This document shows positions 56,643-64,000 of a stretch of 64,000 bases of DNA, one piece after another. The notes under the pieces were generated by a model. It had not been told where the DNA came from and did not search any database. It was given only the letters and a program-made list of their open reading frames with translations. Position numbers and translations under genes: made by a program. Source of the DNA: an uncultured delta proteobacterium (GTDB taxonomy: Bacteria; Myxococcota_A; UBA9160; UBA4427); the NCBI GenBank assembly GCA_963822965.1, contig CAWGJT010000012.1:320001-384000 (forward strand), written 5' to 3'. The first letter of the stretch is position 1; each line of letters begins with the position of its first letter.

Positions 56643-57440
56643 ATGCGGATCGCGCTCAGCATTGCCGCCTCGGATCCGACCGGCGGCGCCGGTCTACAGG
56701 CCGACCTGCGGGTGTTCCAGCACCTCGGCGTGCACGGCGCGGGGGTCGTGACGGCGCTCACCGTCCAGGACACCCGGCAGGTGCACAGCGTGCTGCCCGT
56801 CTTCCCCTCCGTGGTGCTCGCCCAGCTCCGTACCCTGCTCGCGGACGTCACGCCGCACGCCGTCAAGATCGGCGCCCTCGCCTCCGACGACGTGGTGCGC
56901 AACGTGCGGCTCGGCCTCGAGGCGCTCGCGCAGCCCGTGCCGGTGGTGATCGATCCCATCCTCTTCGCCAGCAGCGGCAGGGCCCTGCTGGAGCGCCGCG
57001 CCTGGGGCGCCCTGCTGGAGCTGATGCGGGGCAGCGCGCTCGTCACCCCCAACCTGCCCGAGGCGGAGGCGCTCAGCGGCACCGACGTCTCGAGCCGTCG
57101 CGGGACCGAGAAGGCGGCGCGCTTCTTCGTGGAGGACCTGGGCGCCCGGGCCGCGCTCGTGAAGGGCGGCCATCGCGAAGCCGCGCAAGAGTCCGTCGCC
57201 GATCTGCTCGCCGTCGCGGGCGAGGCCGGCGACGTCTCGTTCCGGTGGCTCGAGACGAAGCGGATCGCGAGCGGCCCCGTGCACGGGACAGGCTGTGCGC
57301 TCTCGTCCGCCATCGCCGCCGGGCTCGCCCGGGGCGAGAGGCTGGAGGCGGCCGTCGAAGCGGCCCGGGCGTTCGTCGCCGCCGGAATCGCGGCCTCGTC
57401 GCCCGCCGGCGCCGGCGCGCGATTCCTGGTCTACCCGTGA
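56643..57440 (+). CDS. thiD: Hydroxymethylpyrimidine/phosphomethylpyrimidine kinase
   Basis: SDPTGGAGLQADL, TVQDT, KIG, DP, TPNLPEA, KGGH, HGTGC. Confidence 0.95.
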   Translation: MRIALSIAASDPTGGAGLQADLRVFQHLGVHGAGVVTALTVQDTRQVHSVLPVFPSVVLAQLRTLLADVTPHAVKIGALASDDVVRNVRLGLEALAQPVPVVIDPILFASSGRALLERRAWGALLELMRGSALVTPNLPEAEALSGTDVSSRRGTEKAARFFVEDLGARAALVKGGHREAAQESVADLLAVAGEAGDVSFRWLETKRIASGPVHGTGCALSSAIAAGLARGERLEAAVEAARAFVAAGIAASSPAGAGARFLVYP

Positions 57441-59266
57441 ACGAGGCCGTCCCGCCGCCCTCGGCGGCCCACGTGGAGTACACCCGGCGCAGGGAGGCGC
57501 ACCGGGCCGTCGCCGAGCGCCTCGCGATGCGGGACCGTCGGCTCTCGAACGCGCGCCTGGCCGTCTTCGGGGCCGGCGTCGTGCAGGGCTTCTTCACGTT
57601 CGGCACGCGTCATCTCGACGCGCTCTGGCTGCTGCCGACGGTGGCGCTCTTCGGAGCGCTGCTCGTCCTCCACGACCGCATCATCCAGGCCCGGAGCCGC
57701 GCGGAGCGATCGCTGGCCTTCTACGAGCGCGGGCTCGCCCGGCTCGAGGACCGCTGGTCGGGGAGCGGCAACTCGAGGCGGCGCGACGACACCGTCGCCC
57801 ACCCCTATGCGGAGGACCTCGATCTCTTCGGCGAGGGCTCGCTCTTCGAGCTGCTCTGCACGGCCCGCACGCCCGCGGGCGAGGAGAAGCTGGCCGGCTG
57901 GCTGCTGGCCCCGGCCGCTGCGCCGGAGATCCACGCCCGCCAGCGCGCCGTCGACGAGCTGCGCGACCGACTCGACCTGCGCGAGGACCTCTCCCTGCTG
58001 GGCGACGACGTCCGCTCGCAGCTCGATCCCGCCGCGCTGATCCAGTGGGGAGCGACGGCAGGCCGTCCCATCGGCGTCGCACCGCGCATCGTGGCTGCCG
58101 CGGCCACGGCACTCGCCCTGGCGGCGGCCGCTTTGGCCATCTTCACGGCTGCCGGAATCTTCCCCCTGCTCTTCGCCCTGGCCCTGCAGGCGGGCGTCGC
58201 GATGGCGGTGCGGGGCCGGGTGCTCCCCGGCCTGCGGGGCGCCGCCGAAGCCACGCGCGACCTCGCGTTGCTGGCGGGGCTGCTGGCGCGCCTCGAGGCG
58301 GAGCCCGTCTCCGCGCCGCGTATGCTGGCCCTGCGCGAAGCCCTCTCGAGCGAGGGCCGCGCACCGTCCCAGCGCATCGCCCAGCTGCAGCGACTCGTCG
58401 ATCTGCTCGACGCCCGACGCAACCAGTTCTTCGCGCCCATCGGAGCCCTGCTGCTCTGGGGCACGCACCTGGGTCTCGCGGTGGAGAACTGGCGCGCCCA
58501 CCACGGCCCTGCGCTCGCGCGCTGGGTCGACGCCGCGGCCGAGATGGAAGCCCTCGCCGCCCTGGCCGCCTACGCGTACGAGCATCCCGCGGACCCCTTT
58601 CCGGAGATCGTCCCGGACGCGGCGGTCTTCGACGGCCGCGAGCTGGGTCATCCGCTGCTGCCCGGCACGCGCTGCGTGCGCAACTCCGTGCAGCTGGGCT
58701 TCGGCGAGCGGACGGCGTGCGAGGGCTTTCCCCAGGCCTACATGGTGAGCGGCTCCAACATGTCCGGGAAGAGCACGCTGCTGCGCACGGTGGGCGTGGC
58801 CACCGTGATGGCGCTGGCCGGCGCGCCCGTGCGCGCCGCCTCGCTCCGGGTCTCGCCCCTGGCGATCGGCGCCTCGATCCACGTGGTCGACTCGCTCCAG
58901 GAAGGCACGTCCCACTTCTACGCGGAGATCAAACGCATCCGGCAGGTGATGGATCTGACCCGGGAGACGCTGCCGGTCCTCTTCCTGCTGGACGAGGTGC
59001 TGCACGGCACCAACTCCCACGACCGTCGCATCGGCGCCGAAGCGGTGCTGCGGGGCTTGCTCGACCGCGGCGCCCTGGGCCTGATCACCACCCACGACCT
59101 CGCCCTCGCGCGGGTCGCCGAAGAGCTGGTGCCCCGGGTCCGCAACGTGCACTTCCAGGACCAGCTCGACGACGGCCGCATGCGCTTCGACTACCGGCTC
59201 TGGCCCGGCGTGGTCACCCGCTCGAACGCCCTCGAGCTGATGCGGGCGGTCGGGCTCGACGTGTGA
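57437..59266 (+). CDS. Membrane-anchored MutS-related ATPase (domain V only)
   Basis: Two TM hairpins; HPYAEDLDLFG, HPLL, GSNMSGKSTLLR, S-FYAE, LDE..HGTNS, TTHD. Confidence 0.9.
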   Translation: MNEAVPPPSAAHVEYTRRREAHRAVAERLAMRDRRLSNARLAVFGAGVVQGFFTFGTRHLDALWLLPTVALFGALLVLHDRIIQARSRAERSLAFYERGLARLEDRWSGSGNSRRRDDTVAHPYAEDLDLFGEGSLFELLCTARTPAGEEKLAGWLLAPAAAPEIHARQRAVDELRDRLDLREDLSLLGDDVRSQLDPAALIQWGATAGRPIGVAPRIVAAAATALALAAAALAIFTAAGIFPLLFALALQAGVAMAVRGRVLPGLRGAAEATRDLALLAGLLARLEAEPVSAPRMLALREALSSEGRAPSQRIAQLQRLVDLLDARRNQFFAPIGALLLWGTHLGLAVENWRAHHGPALARWVDAAAEMEALAALAAYAYEHPADPFPEIVPDAAVFDGRELGHPLLPGTRCVRNSVQLGFGERTACEGFPQAYMVSGSNMSGKSTLLRTVGVATVMALAGAPVRAASLRVSPLAIGASIHVVDSLQEGTSHFYAEIKRIRQVMDLTRETLPVLFLLDEVLHGTNSHDRRIGAEAVLRGLLDRGALGLITTHDLALARVAEELVPRVRNVHFQDQLDDGRMRFDYRLWPGVVTRSNALELMRAVGLDV

Positions 59267-59810
59267 GCCGCGCGATCTCCTGCCATCCCAGCTCGCGGAG
59301 GCGCGCGGCGTTCCGGGCGGGAATGCCCGACGGATCGGGATGGCTGCGCACGGCCCGCGCCACGCTCTCCTCGCGAAGCAGATGGAGCATGGGAACCGGC
59401 GAGCGGTTCGTGGCGTTCGCGGGATCGTCCGCGGAGGCGCCGGCGAAGCGGTAGTCGGGATGGAAGCTCGCCACCTGGAGGGTGCCGACGAGGGACAGCT
59501 TCTCGAGCAGCATGTCGACCACGTCGAGGAAGCGGTTGAAGTCCTCGAAGCGCGCGAGCGCGCGCGGCACCAGCAGAAGGGTGGTCTCGATCCGATCCGC
59601 CGGCTCGCGATCGAGTCGCGTGAGCTCGCGGGCCAGGTCCCCGGACAGGGCCTCGGGGCTCTCGGCCCGGCTCACCGCGAAGCGGACCCGCCCCGCCGCC
59701 AGGGGCTCGGCGGCGAACGGACAGAGCGAGAGGCCGACCACGAAGTCCTCGAGCCAGGCCCGCACGCGTGCCTCGAGGTGGACGGGATCCAGGTCGGCGG
59801 GTTCGCTCAC
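59214..59810 (-). CDS. DUF1415 family protein
   Basis: VVGLSLCPFA, QVASFHPDY.F, NATNRSP.PMLHLLRE, IP.RN. Confidence 0.92.
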   Translation of the reverse strand: MSEPADLDPVHLEARVRAWLEDFVVGLSLCPFAAEPLAAGRVRFAVSRAESPEALSGDLARELTRLDREPADRIETTLLLVPRALARFEDFNRFLDVVDMLLEKLSLVGTLQVASFHPDYRFAGASADDPANATNRSPVPMLHLLREESVARAVRSHPDPSGIPARNAARLRELGWQEIARLTRRARPPASARGRSSG

Positions 59811-59837
59811 GGGCCCGAGTCTACGCTCGGCTCTGCG

Positions 59838-59873
59838 AAAGGAAACGGGCCGTCGGCATCGCCGACGGCCCGT
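59838..59873 (-). terminator. Intrinsic terminator
   Basis: Perfect 13-bp stem ACGGGCCGTCGGC/GCCGACGGCCCGT, 3-nt loop, followed by TTCCTTT on the minus strand. Confidence 0.8.
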
Positions 59874-60203
59874 AGAAGGAGGCAGGGCCCCGCAGCCCGT
59901 GCCTCCACTTTTCCCATCTCGTTCTTCCTTGCTTGCTCTTGCTTGCGGTCTTGCTTCTCTCGATCTTCGGATCTTCCTTCCGGATCTCCTGATCTCGCGG
60001 CTGCTTCCTCGGCTTCCTTCCGCTGCTGACTCCCGCTTCCGACGCTGCTTCCGCTCGCTCGTGCTGCTTCCGCTCCCCTCTCCCGGCTCGTTTCCGGCTC
60101 GCCGGAAATCCCGCTTCCCGCTTCCGCTGCATCTGTCTCGGCCCGTGCTGGGCATCCGATGCGGATTCGTGCCGGCGCGATGTCAGGAGCCAACGCGCCG
60201 CTT
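59838..60203 (-). ncRNA. Putative sigma54-dependent purine-rich small RNA (~365 nt)
   Basis: Lies between a sigma54 promoter and a terminator; 20 GGA, 11 GGAAG and 7 GGAAGC motifs; U-poor; terminal hairpins; overlapping ORFs run through the terminator and look non-coding. Confidence 0.65.
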
Positions 60204-60213
60204 GCCTGGAGGG

Positions 60214-60229
60214 AGCAAGTTCCGGGCCA
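60214..60229 (-). promoter_or_regulatory. Sigma54 (-24/-12) promoter
   Basis: Minus strand TGGCCCGGAACTTGCT versus consensus TGGCAC-N5-TTGCW, with exact GG-N10-GC spacing. Confidence 0.8.
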
Positions 60230-60317
60230 AATTCCGGAGATCGCTCAAACCGCTTGCAGGCCGGTGGCTTGGCGCGGCGTTCTTCGGATCCGACCGGCGC
60301 GCGGGGGTGCTGCGACC

Positions 60318-60352
60318 GAAAAGCCTTTCATCGAATCGGGAAAATCTTTTCC
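60318..60352. promoter_or_regulatory. Tandem enhancer-like palindromes (candidate bEBP upstream activator sites)
   Basis: GAAAAGCCTTTC (60318-60329) and GAAAATCTTTTC (60340-60351), 22 bp apart, about 115-150 bp upstream of the predicted start. Confidence 0.55.
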
Positions 60353-60440
60353 GTCGGAGCCCGGCAGGGCTCGTCGTCGACTGGAAGTCCGGTCCCGTCG
60401 CAAGCGGTCGCAGCCGGGCTCGGACGGAATCGGGCGGGCG

Positions 60441-61259
60441 TCACGATAGGTGGAGGTCCTCGCCGTAGAGGTGCAGGCCGAGCCTGGCGGCAACGGCGCG
60501 CGAGGCGCGGTTGCTCCAGCGAGTCGAGTACATGGGCTCGCCGCCCCGCGCCCGGACCGCCCGGGCCCAGGCCGCGACGACGCGGGGGGCGTATCCCCGC
60601 CCGCGGTGGCCGGCGACCGTCTCGACCCCGGCCTCGGCGGCCCCGCAGACGCTTGCTCCGGCGACAGCGAGGGGGCGCGCCGCGCAGCAGAAGGAGACGG
60701 CCGCGCCGTCCTCGACCACCGCGAAGCAGGGCTGGCGGGCCGCCAGCTCGGGGATCCAGTCGGCGAAGGACGGCTCGAGCAGGTGCTCCCGGCCGGGCAT
60801 CACCTCCACCACGGCCGGCGCGTCCCGTCCCGGCCCGCCGGCCGCACGAGTCTCACGCGGAGGAACTTCAGGGGGGATCTCACGGGGAAAGCAGAACGCG
60901 GGCCCCCGCCACTCCGAGCTGACCTCCTCGACGGAGCGCAGCAGCGAGCGCATGGCCTCGAGACGCTCCGGCGGCAGATGCCCGGCCGCCAACGGCGGCT
61001 CCCGGCCCGCGAGCCGCGCCAGCTCGCGGACGACCGCCGGGGCCAGGTCCGCGCGGAACCGCCACAGGTTTCCCAGGCGGGTGCGACCGAGATGAAAGAG
61101 CGGCGACGGCCCGCCGTTGGGCTGGCGGGTCCGCAGCAGCCGTCCGTTCGCGTCGTGCTCGTACAGACAGCGAAGGTGGAGCTCCATCCAGTCGAGGTCG
61201 GTGCGCGGCCGGAGATCCCCGGCGTCCGGAGCCGACCGCCGGGGCGGCGCCGCACTCAC
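60441..61259 (-). CDS. GNAT family acetyltransferase
   Basis: AEAGVETV..HRGRGYA..VVAAW...P.YST...N.AS..VA..LG; GTG start overlaps the pepQ stop. Confidence 0.85.
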   Translation of the reverse strand: MSAAPPRRSAPDAGDLRPRTDLDWMELHLRCLYEHDANGRLLRTRQPNGGPSPLFHLGRTRLGNLWRFRADLAPAVVRELARLAGREPPLAAGHLPPERLEAMRSLLRSVEEVSSEWRGPAFCFPREIPPEVPPRETRAAGGPGRDAPAVVEVMPGREHLLEPSFADWIPELAARQPCFAVVEDGAAVSFCCAARPLAVAGASVCGAAEAGVETVAGHRGRGYAPRVVAAWARAVRARGGEPMYSTRWSNRASRAVAARLGLHLYGEDLHLS

Positions 61260-62626
61260 GAGGCCCGCACTCCGGCGGTGTCGCCGGGCAGGAAGGGACG
61301 GGTGAGGTTCTCCACGCCCGTGTCGGTCACGAGCACGTCGTCCTCGATGCGGATACCGCCGCACGCGGCCAGCGCGTCGACGAGCGGCCAGTCGAACGCC
61401 GTGGCCTCCGCGCCCGAACGGAAGGGCTCCAGCAGCTGCGGGATGAAGTAGAGGCCCGGCTCGACGGTGACCACGTGCCCGACGGCCAGGTCGCGCGTGG
61501 TGCGCAGGTACGGGTGGGCGTCGGGGGGCGGCCGGTGCTCGCCTGCCGGCGACACCTGCTGTCCACCCACGTCGTGCACCTGCAGGCCCAGATGATGCCC
61601 CAGCCCGTGCGGCAGGCACGGCAGCACGAGGCCGGTGTCGAGCGCCTGCTCGGCGCCCACGCGCAGCACGCCGAGGTCGGTCAGAATGGCCGCCACCCCC
61701 GCGACCGCGCGCGCGTGCAGCGCCACGTAGGAGCCTCCCGGCGCGACGGCCCCGGCGAGCTCCGCCTGCAACACCTCCATGCGCGTGAGGGCCTCGCGGA
61801 AGACGGGATGTGCGTCCGGCCCCGCCCACGTGCGCGTGACGTCGCTCGCATAGCCATGGCAGCAGGCACCGGCATCGATCAGGAACGTGTGGCCCGGCGC
61901 CGGCGGGCTGTCGCGCTTGCGCGAGTAGTGGAGCACGCGAGATCGGTCGTCCCAGGCGATGATGTTGGGGTACGGGGTCTCGGCGTCGAGCTGGCCGGTC
62001 GCGCGGAGGTAGTCGGCGTGGATCTCGCGCTCGCTCCGCCGCGCTTCGGCGCCGTCGCGCGCCGCCCGGTGGCCGCGGGCCGCGATGCGATTCGCCTCGC
62101 GGATGCAGGCCACCTCGTACGGCGTCTTGAAGGCCCGGTGCCAGACCAGCGCCGCCAGCAGCGCGGGCGGCGAGACCGCCTCGGACCGAATGCCCATTCG
62201 TCCGGCTGCGCTCTCCGAGGCGCCGACCCAGGCGCAGCCCGCGACGTCGCCCAGCAGCACGGCCGCCGCCTCGAAGTCCGGCGCCTCGACGACGTCGAGC
62301 ACCTCGGGAAAGGGATGCGCGGGAGACGCGGGCGGCTCCTCCCAGTAGTCGCGGGGGACGACCCGCACGAGCCGGATCGGCTCGCCGGGCCGGAAGCGCA
62401 GCAGGTGGTCCGGCCCCGGGACCGGCGCGAAGCGGGCGAAGTGGGCGAGGCCGCGAAACGGCACGGCGAGATCGTCGCCGGGGTAGAAGGCCTTCGACCC
62501 GGCGTGCAGGACGATGCCGTCCTCGCGGCCCCCCGCGGCGCGATGGAGCGCGAGGGACTCTTCGGCCATGCGGGAGACCCGCTCGACGTGATCGCGGTAC
62601 AGCGGGGACCAGTCCATGGAATCCAT
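61256..62626 (-). CDS. pepQ: Xaa-Pro dipeptidase
   Basis: KTPYE, PYPNIIA, LHY, LIDAGA, YASDVTRT, PHGLGHHLGLQVHDVGG, TVEPGLYFI, GGIRIEDD. Confidence 0.94.
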   Translation of the reverse strand: MDSMDWSPLYRDHVERVSRMAEESLALHRAAGGREDGIVLHAGSKAFYPGDDLAVPFRGLAHFARFAPVPGPDHLLRFRPGEPIRLVRVVPRDYWEEPPASPAHPFPEVLDVVEAPDFEAAAVLLGDVAGCAWVGASESAAGRMGIRSEAVSPPALLAALVWHRAFKTPYEVACIREANRIAARGHRAARDGAEARRSEREIHADYLRATGQLDAETPYPNIIAWDDRSRVLHYSRKRDSPPAPGHTFLIDAGACCHGYASDVTRTWAGPDAHPVFREALTRMEVLQAELAGAVAPGGSYVALHARAVAGVAAILTDLGVLRVGAEQALDTGLVLPCLPHGLGHHLGLQVHDVGGQQVSPAGEHRPPPDAHPYLRTTRDLAVGHVVTVEPGLYFIPQLLEPFRSGAEATAFDWPLVDALAACGGIRIEDDVLVTDTGVENLTRPFLPGDTAGVRAS

Positions 62627-62774
62627 TCACCGGTGCGCGAGGAAGCCGGGGCCGCAGCAGGTTAGGCGGGCCGGCTCGCCCTGAGGCCCGTTCACGACAC
62701 CTGGGAACGGAACGATGGGAGCCCGCCGCTTTCCCCGCCACCCGGACAGGCCACGAGTATATAATGGCTCGGGC

Positions 62775-63182
62775 ATGGACCACCCCAATCGAGCCCTTGC
62801 GGAGCGCGCCTGGCAGGCCGTGGCCTCGAGCGACGTCGACACCCTGCGCGAGCTGTGGACGCCCGACATCGTCTGGCACGTCACCACGGACAACCCCTGG
62901 ACGGGGGATCACGTGGGTACGGACGCGATCCTCGACTACCTGGCCGACGTGGGAGAGGCGGGCGAGGCCTACGACGCAAGCATCGAGGACGTGCTCGTGA
63001 GCGACCACCACGTGCTGCTGTTGTATCGCGTGCGCGCGCGACGGGGCCGGCGCTCCATCGACACCGGCCAGTGCCTGCTCGCCCGCATCGAGGGCGACCA
63101 GATGGCCGAGGTCTGGACCCTGCCCCTCGACCCCGCCGCCTTCGACGAGTTCTGGCGCGAGAGCGCCCGCAAGGCAGGCTGA
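62775..63182 (+). CDS. SnoaL-like/NTF2 family protein
   Basis: HPN...DIVWHV...G.H.G, FDEFW; TATAAT at 62760-62765 just upstream. Confidence 0.85.
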   Translation: MDHPNRALAERAWQAVASSDVDTLRELWTPDIVWHVTTDNPWTGDHVGTDAILDYLADVGEAGEAYDASIEDVLVSDHHVLLLYRVRARRGRRSIDTGQCLLARIEGDQMAEVWTLPLDPAAFDEFWRESARKAG

Positions 63183-63280
63183 GAGGCGTTCGACGGCGCG
63201 ACGGGCCCCTGCTGCCAGCGGGTCGAGGTCGACCGGGCTCGGCCTCGTGCCCCCGCGCCGGGGTGCCGGTCCTTGGGGGT

Positions 63281-63496
63281 CTAGCCCCAACGCCTCATTG
63301 TTCGAGCTTCCCGCGTGCCGCAGAGTCCGCCAGCCCTTGCGGATCTTGCGAGATCGCTGGAATCAGCCTGAGCGCGAGGAACTCATTGTCGCGAAGTCCT
63401 GGCGGCAGGCTCGAATCGCGGCACGGGTCGAGCAGGCGCGCGGATCCGGGCGGCATTGGGAGTTGCGCCCCGATCCGTATGACGGATCAGGGCTAC
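63281..63496 (-). mobile_element. Dispersed ~216-bp MITE-like element, family B copy 2
   Basis: Reverse complement colinear with 5562-5779; starts at the TAG stop of mpl and ends in CTAG (63281-63284). Confidence 0.8.
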
Positions 63497-64000
63497 CCCC
63501 GGGCTTCGAGCGCGGCGAGCAGCTTCTCCCAGATACCGTCGAAGCCGCCGTTGCTCATGACCAGCACCACGTCGCCGCGGCGGGCTTCGCGGGCCACGCA
63601 CGCGACGATGTCGTCCACCTTCGCGAAGGCTTCGGCGGCGACGCCCCGTTCGACCAGCGCCTCGCACAGCTCGGCCGACGAGAAGAGCTCGGTCACCTCG
63701 CCGGTGGCGCTGTAGATGGGCTCGTCGGGCACCTCGTAGACGAGGGCGCGGTCGGCCTCGTCGAAGGCGCGGGCGTAGTCCTGCTGGAAGATCGCGCGCC
63801 GGCTGGTGTTCGTGCGGGGCTCGAAGATCGCGATGAGACGGCGGTCGGGAAAGCGGGCGCGCAAGGCGCCGATGCTGCCGCGCACGGCCGTCGGGTGATG
63901 GGCGAAGTCGTCGACCACGACGACGCCCTGCGCCTCGCCGCGGATCTCCTGGCGGCGCTTCACGCCCCGGGCCCGGGGCAGCGCGGCGATGGCTTCGGGC
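63493..64000 (-). CDS. mpl: UDP-MurNAc:L-Ala-gamma-D-Glu-mDAP ligase (C-terminal part; 5' outside the window)
   Basis: GVKRRQE, DDFAHHPTA, FEPRTNTSR, VMSNGGF. Confidence 0.93.
   Translation of the reverse strand, partial: PEAIAALPRARGVKRRQEIRGEAQGVVVVDDFAHHPTAVRGSIGALRARFPDRRLIAIFEPRTNTSRRAIFQQDYARAFDEADRALVYEVPDEPIYSATGEVTELFSSAELCEALVERGVAAEAFAKVDDIVACVAREARRGDVVLVMSNGGFDGIWEKLLAALEARG

Noticed and set aside
59807..60193. Charged low-complexity ORFs (59807-60193, 59821-60132 and the 5' extension of DUF1415)
   Set aside because: All three minus frames are open simply because the strand is T-poor; they read through a strong terminator and lack a clear RBS

Overview
High-GC (roughly 70% by eye) bacterial chromosomal segment. 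The gene content and a PEP-CTERM tail suggest a Myxococcota/deltaproteobacteria-like organism, which is an inference. Most of it is housekeeping and lipid metabolism: leuS, ctaB, ptsP, rfaE2, moeA, an ntrBC-like pair, thiE, thiD, lspA, mrp/apbC, pepQ and mpl. It also holds a partial aryl-polyene/xanthomonadin-type cluster with a divergent B12 radical SAM gene (33-41 kb) and a VWA-PspA-membrane protein operon facing a two-component system (46.5-52 kb). The most notable signals are non-coding. (1) A complete-looking sigma54 transcription unit on the minus strand at about 59.8-60.35 kb has tandem enhancer-like palindromes, a -24/-12 promoter, a ~365-nt purine-rich body with 20 GGA motifs and an intrinsic terminator, and looks like a protein-sponge sRNA. 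(2) Two families of ~180-220 bp TAG/CTAG-bounded hairpin elements, two copies each, sit at gene ends, three of them directly on stop codons; one family keeps a conserved core while its stems differ in sequence yet still pair. (3) A 12 x 19-bp tandem array abuts a collapsed oxyR/peroxiredoxin-glutaredoxin scar. Several frameshifts (ptsP, ntrC-like, nupC-like) are probably sequencing errors. All family assignments are from motif recognition by eye; no database searches were run.
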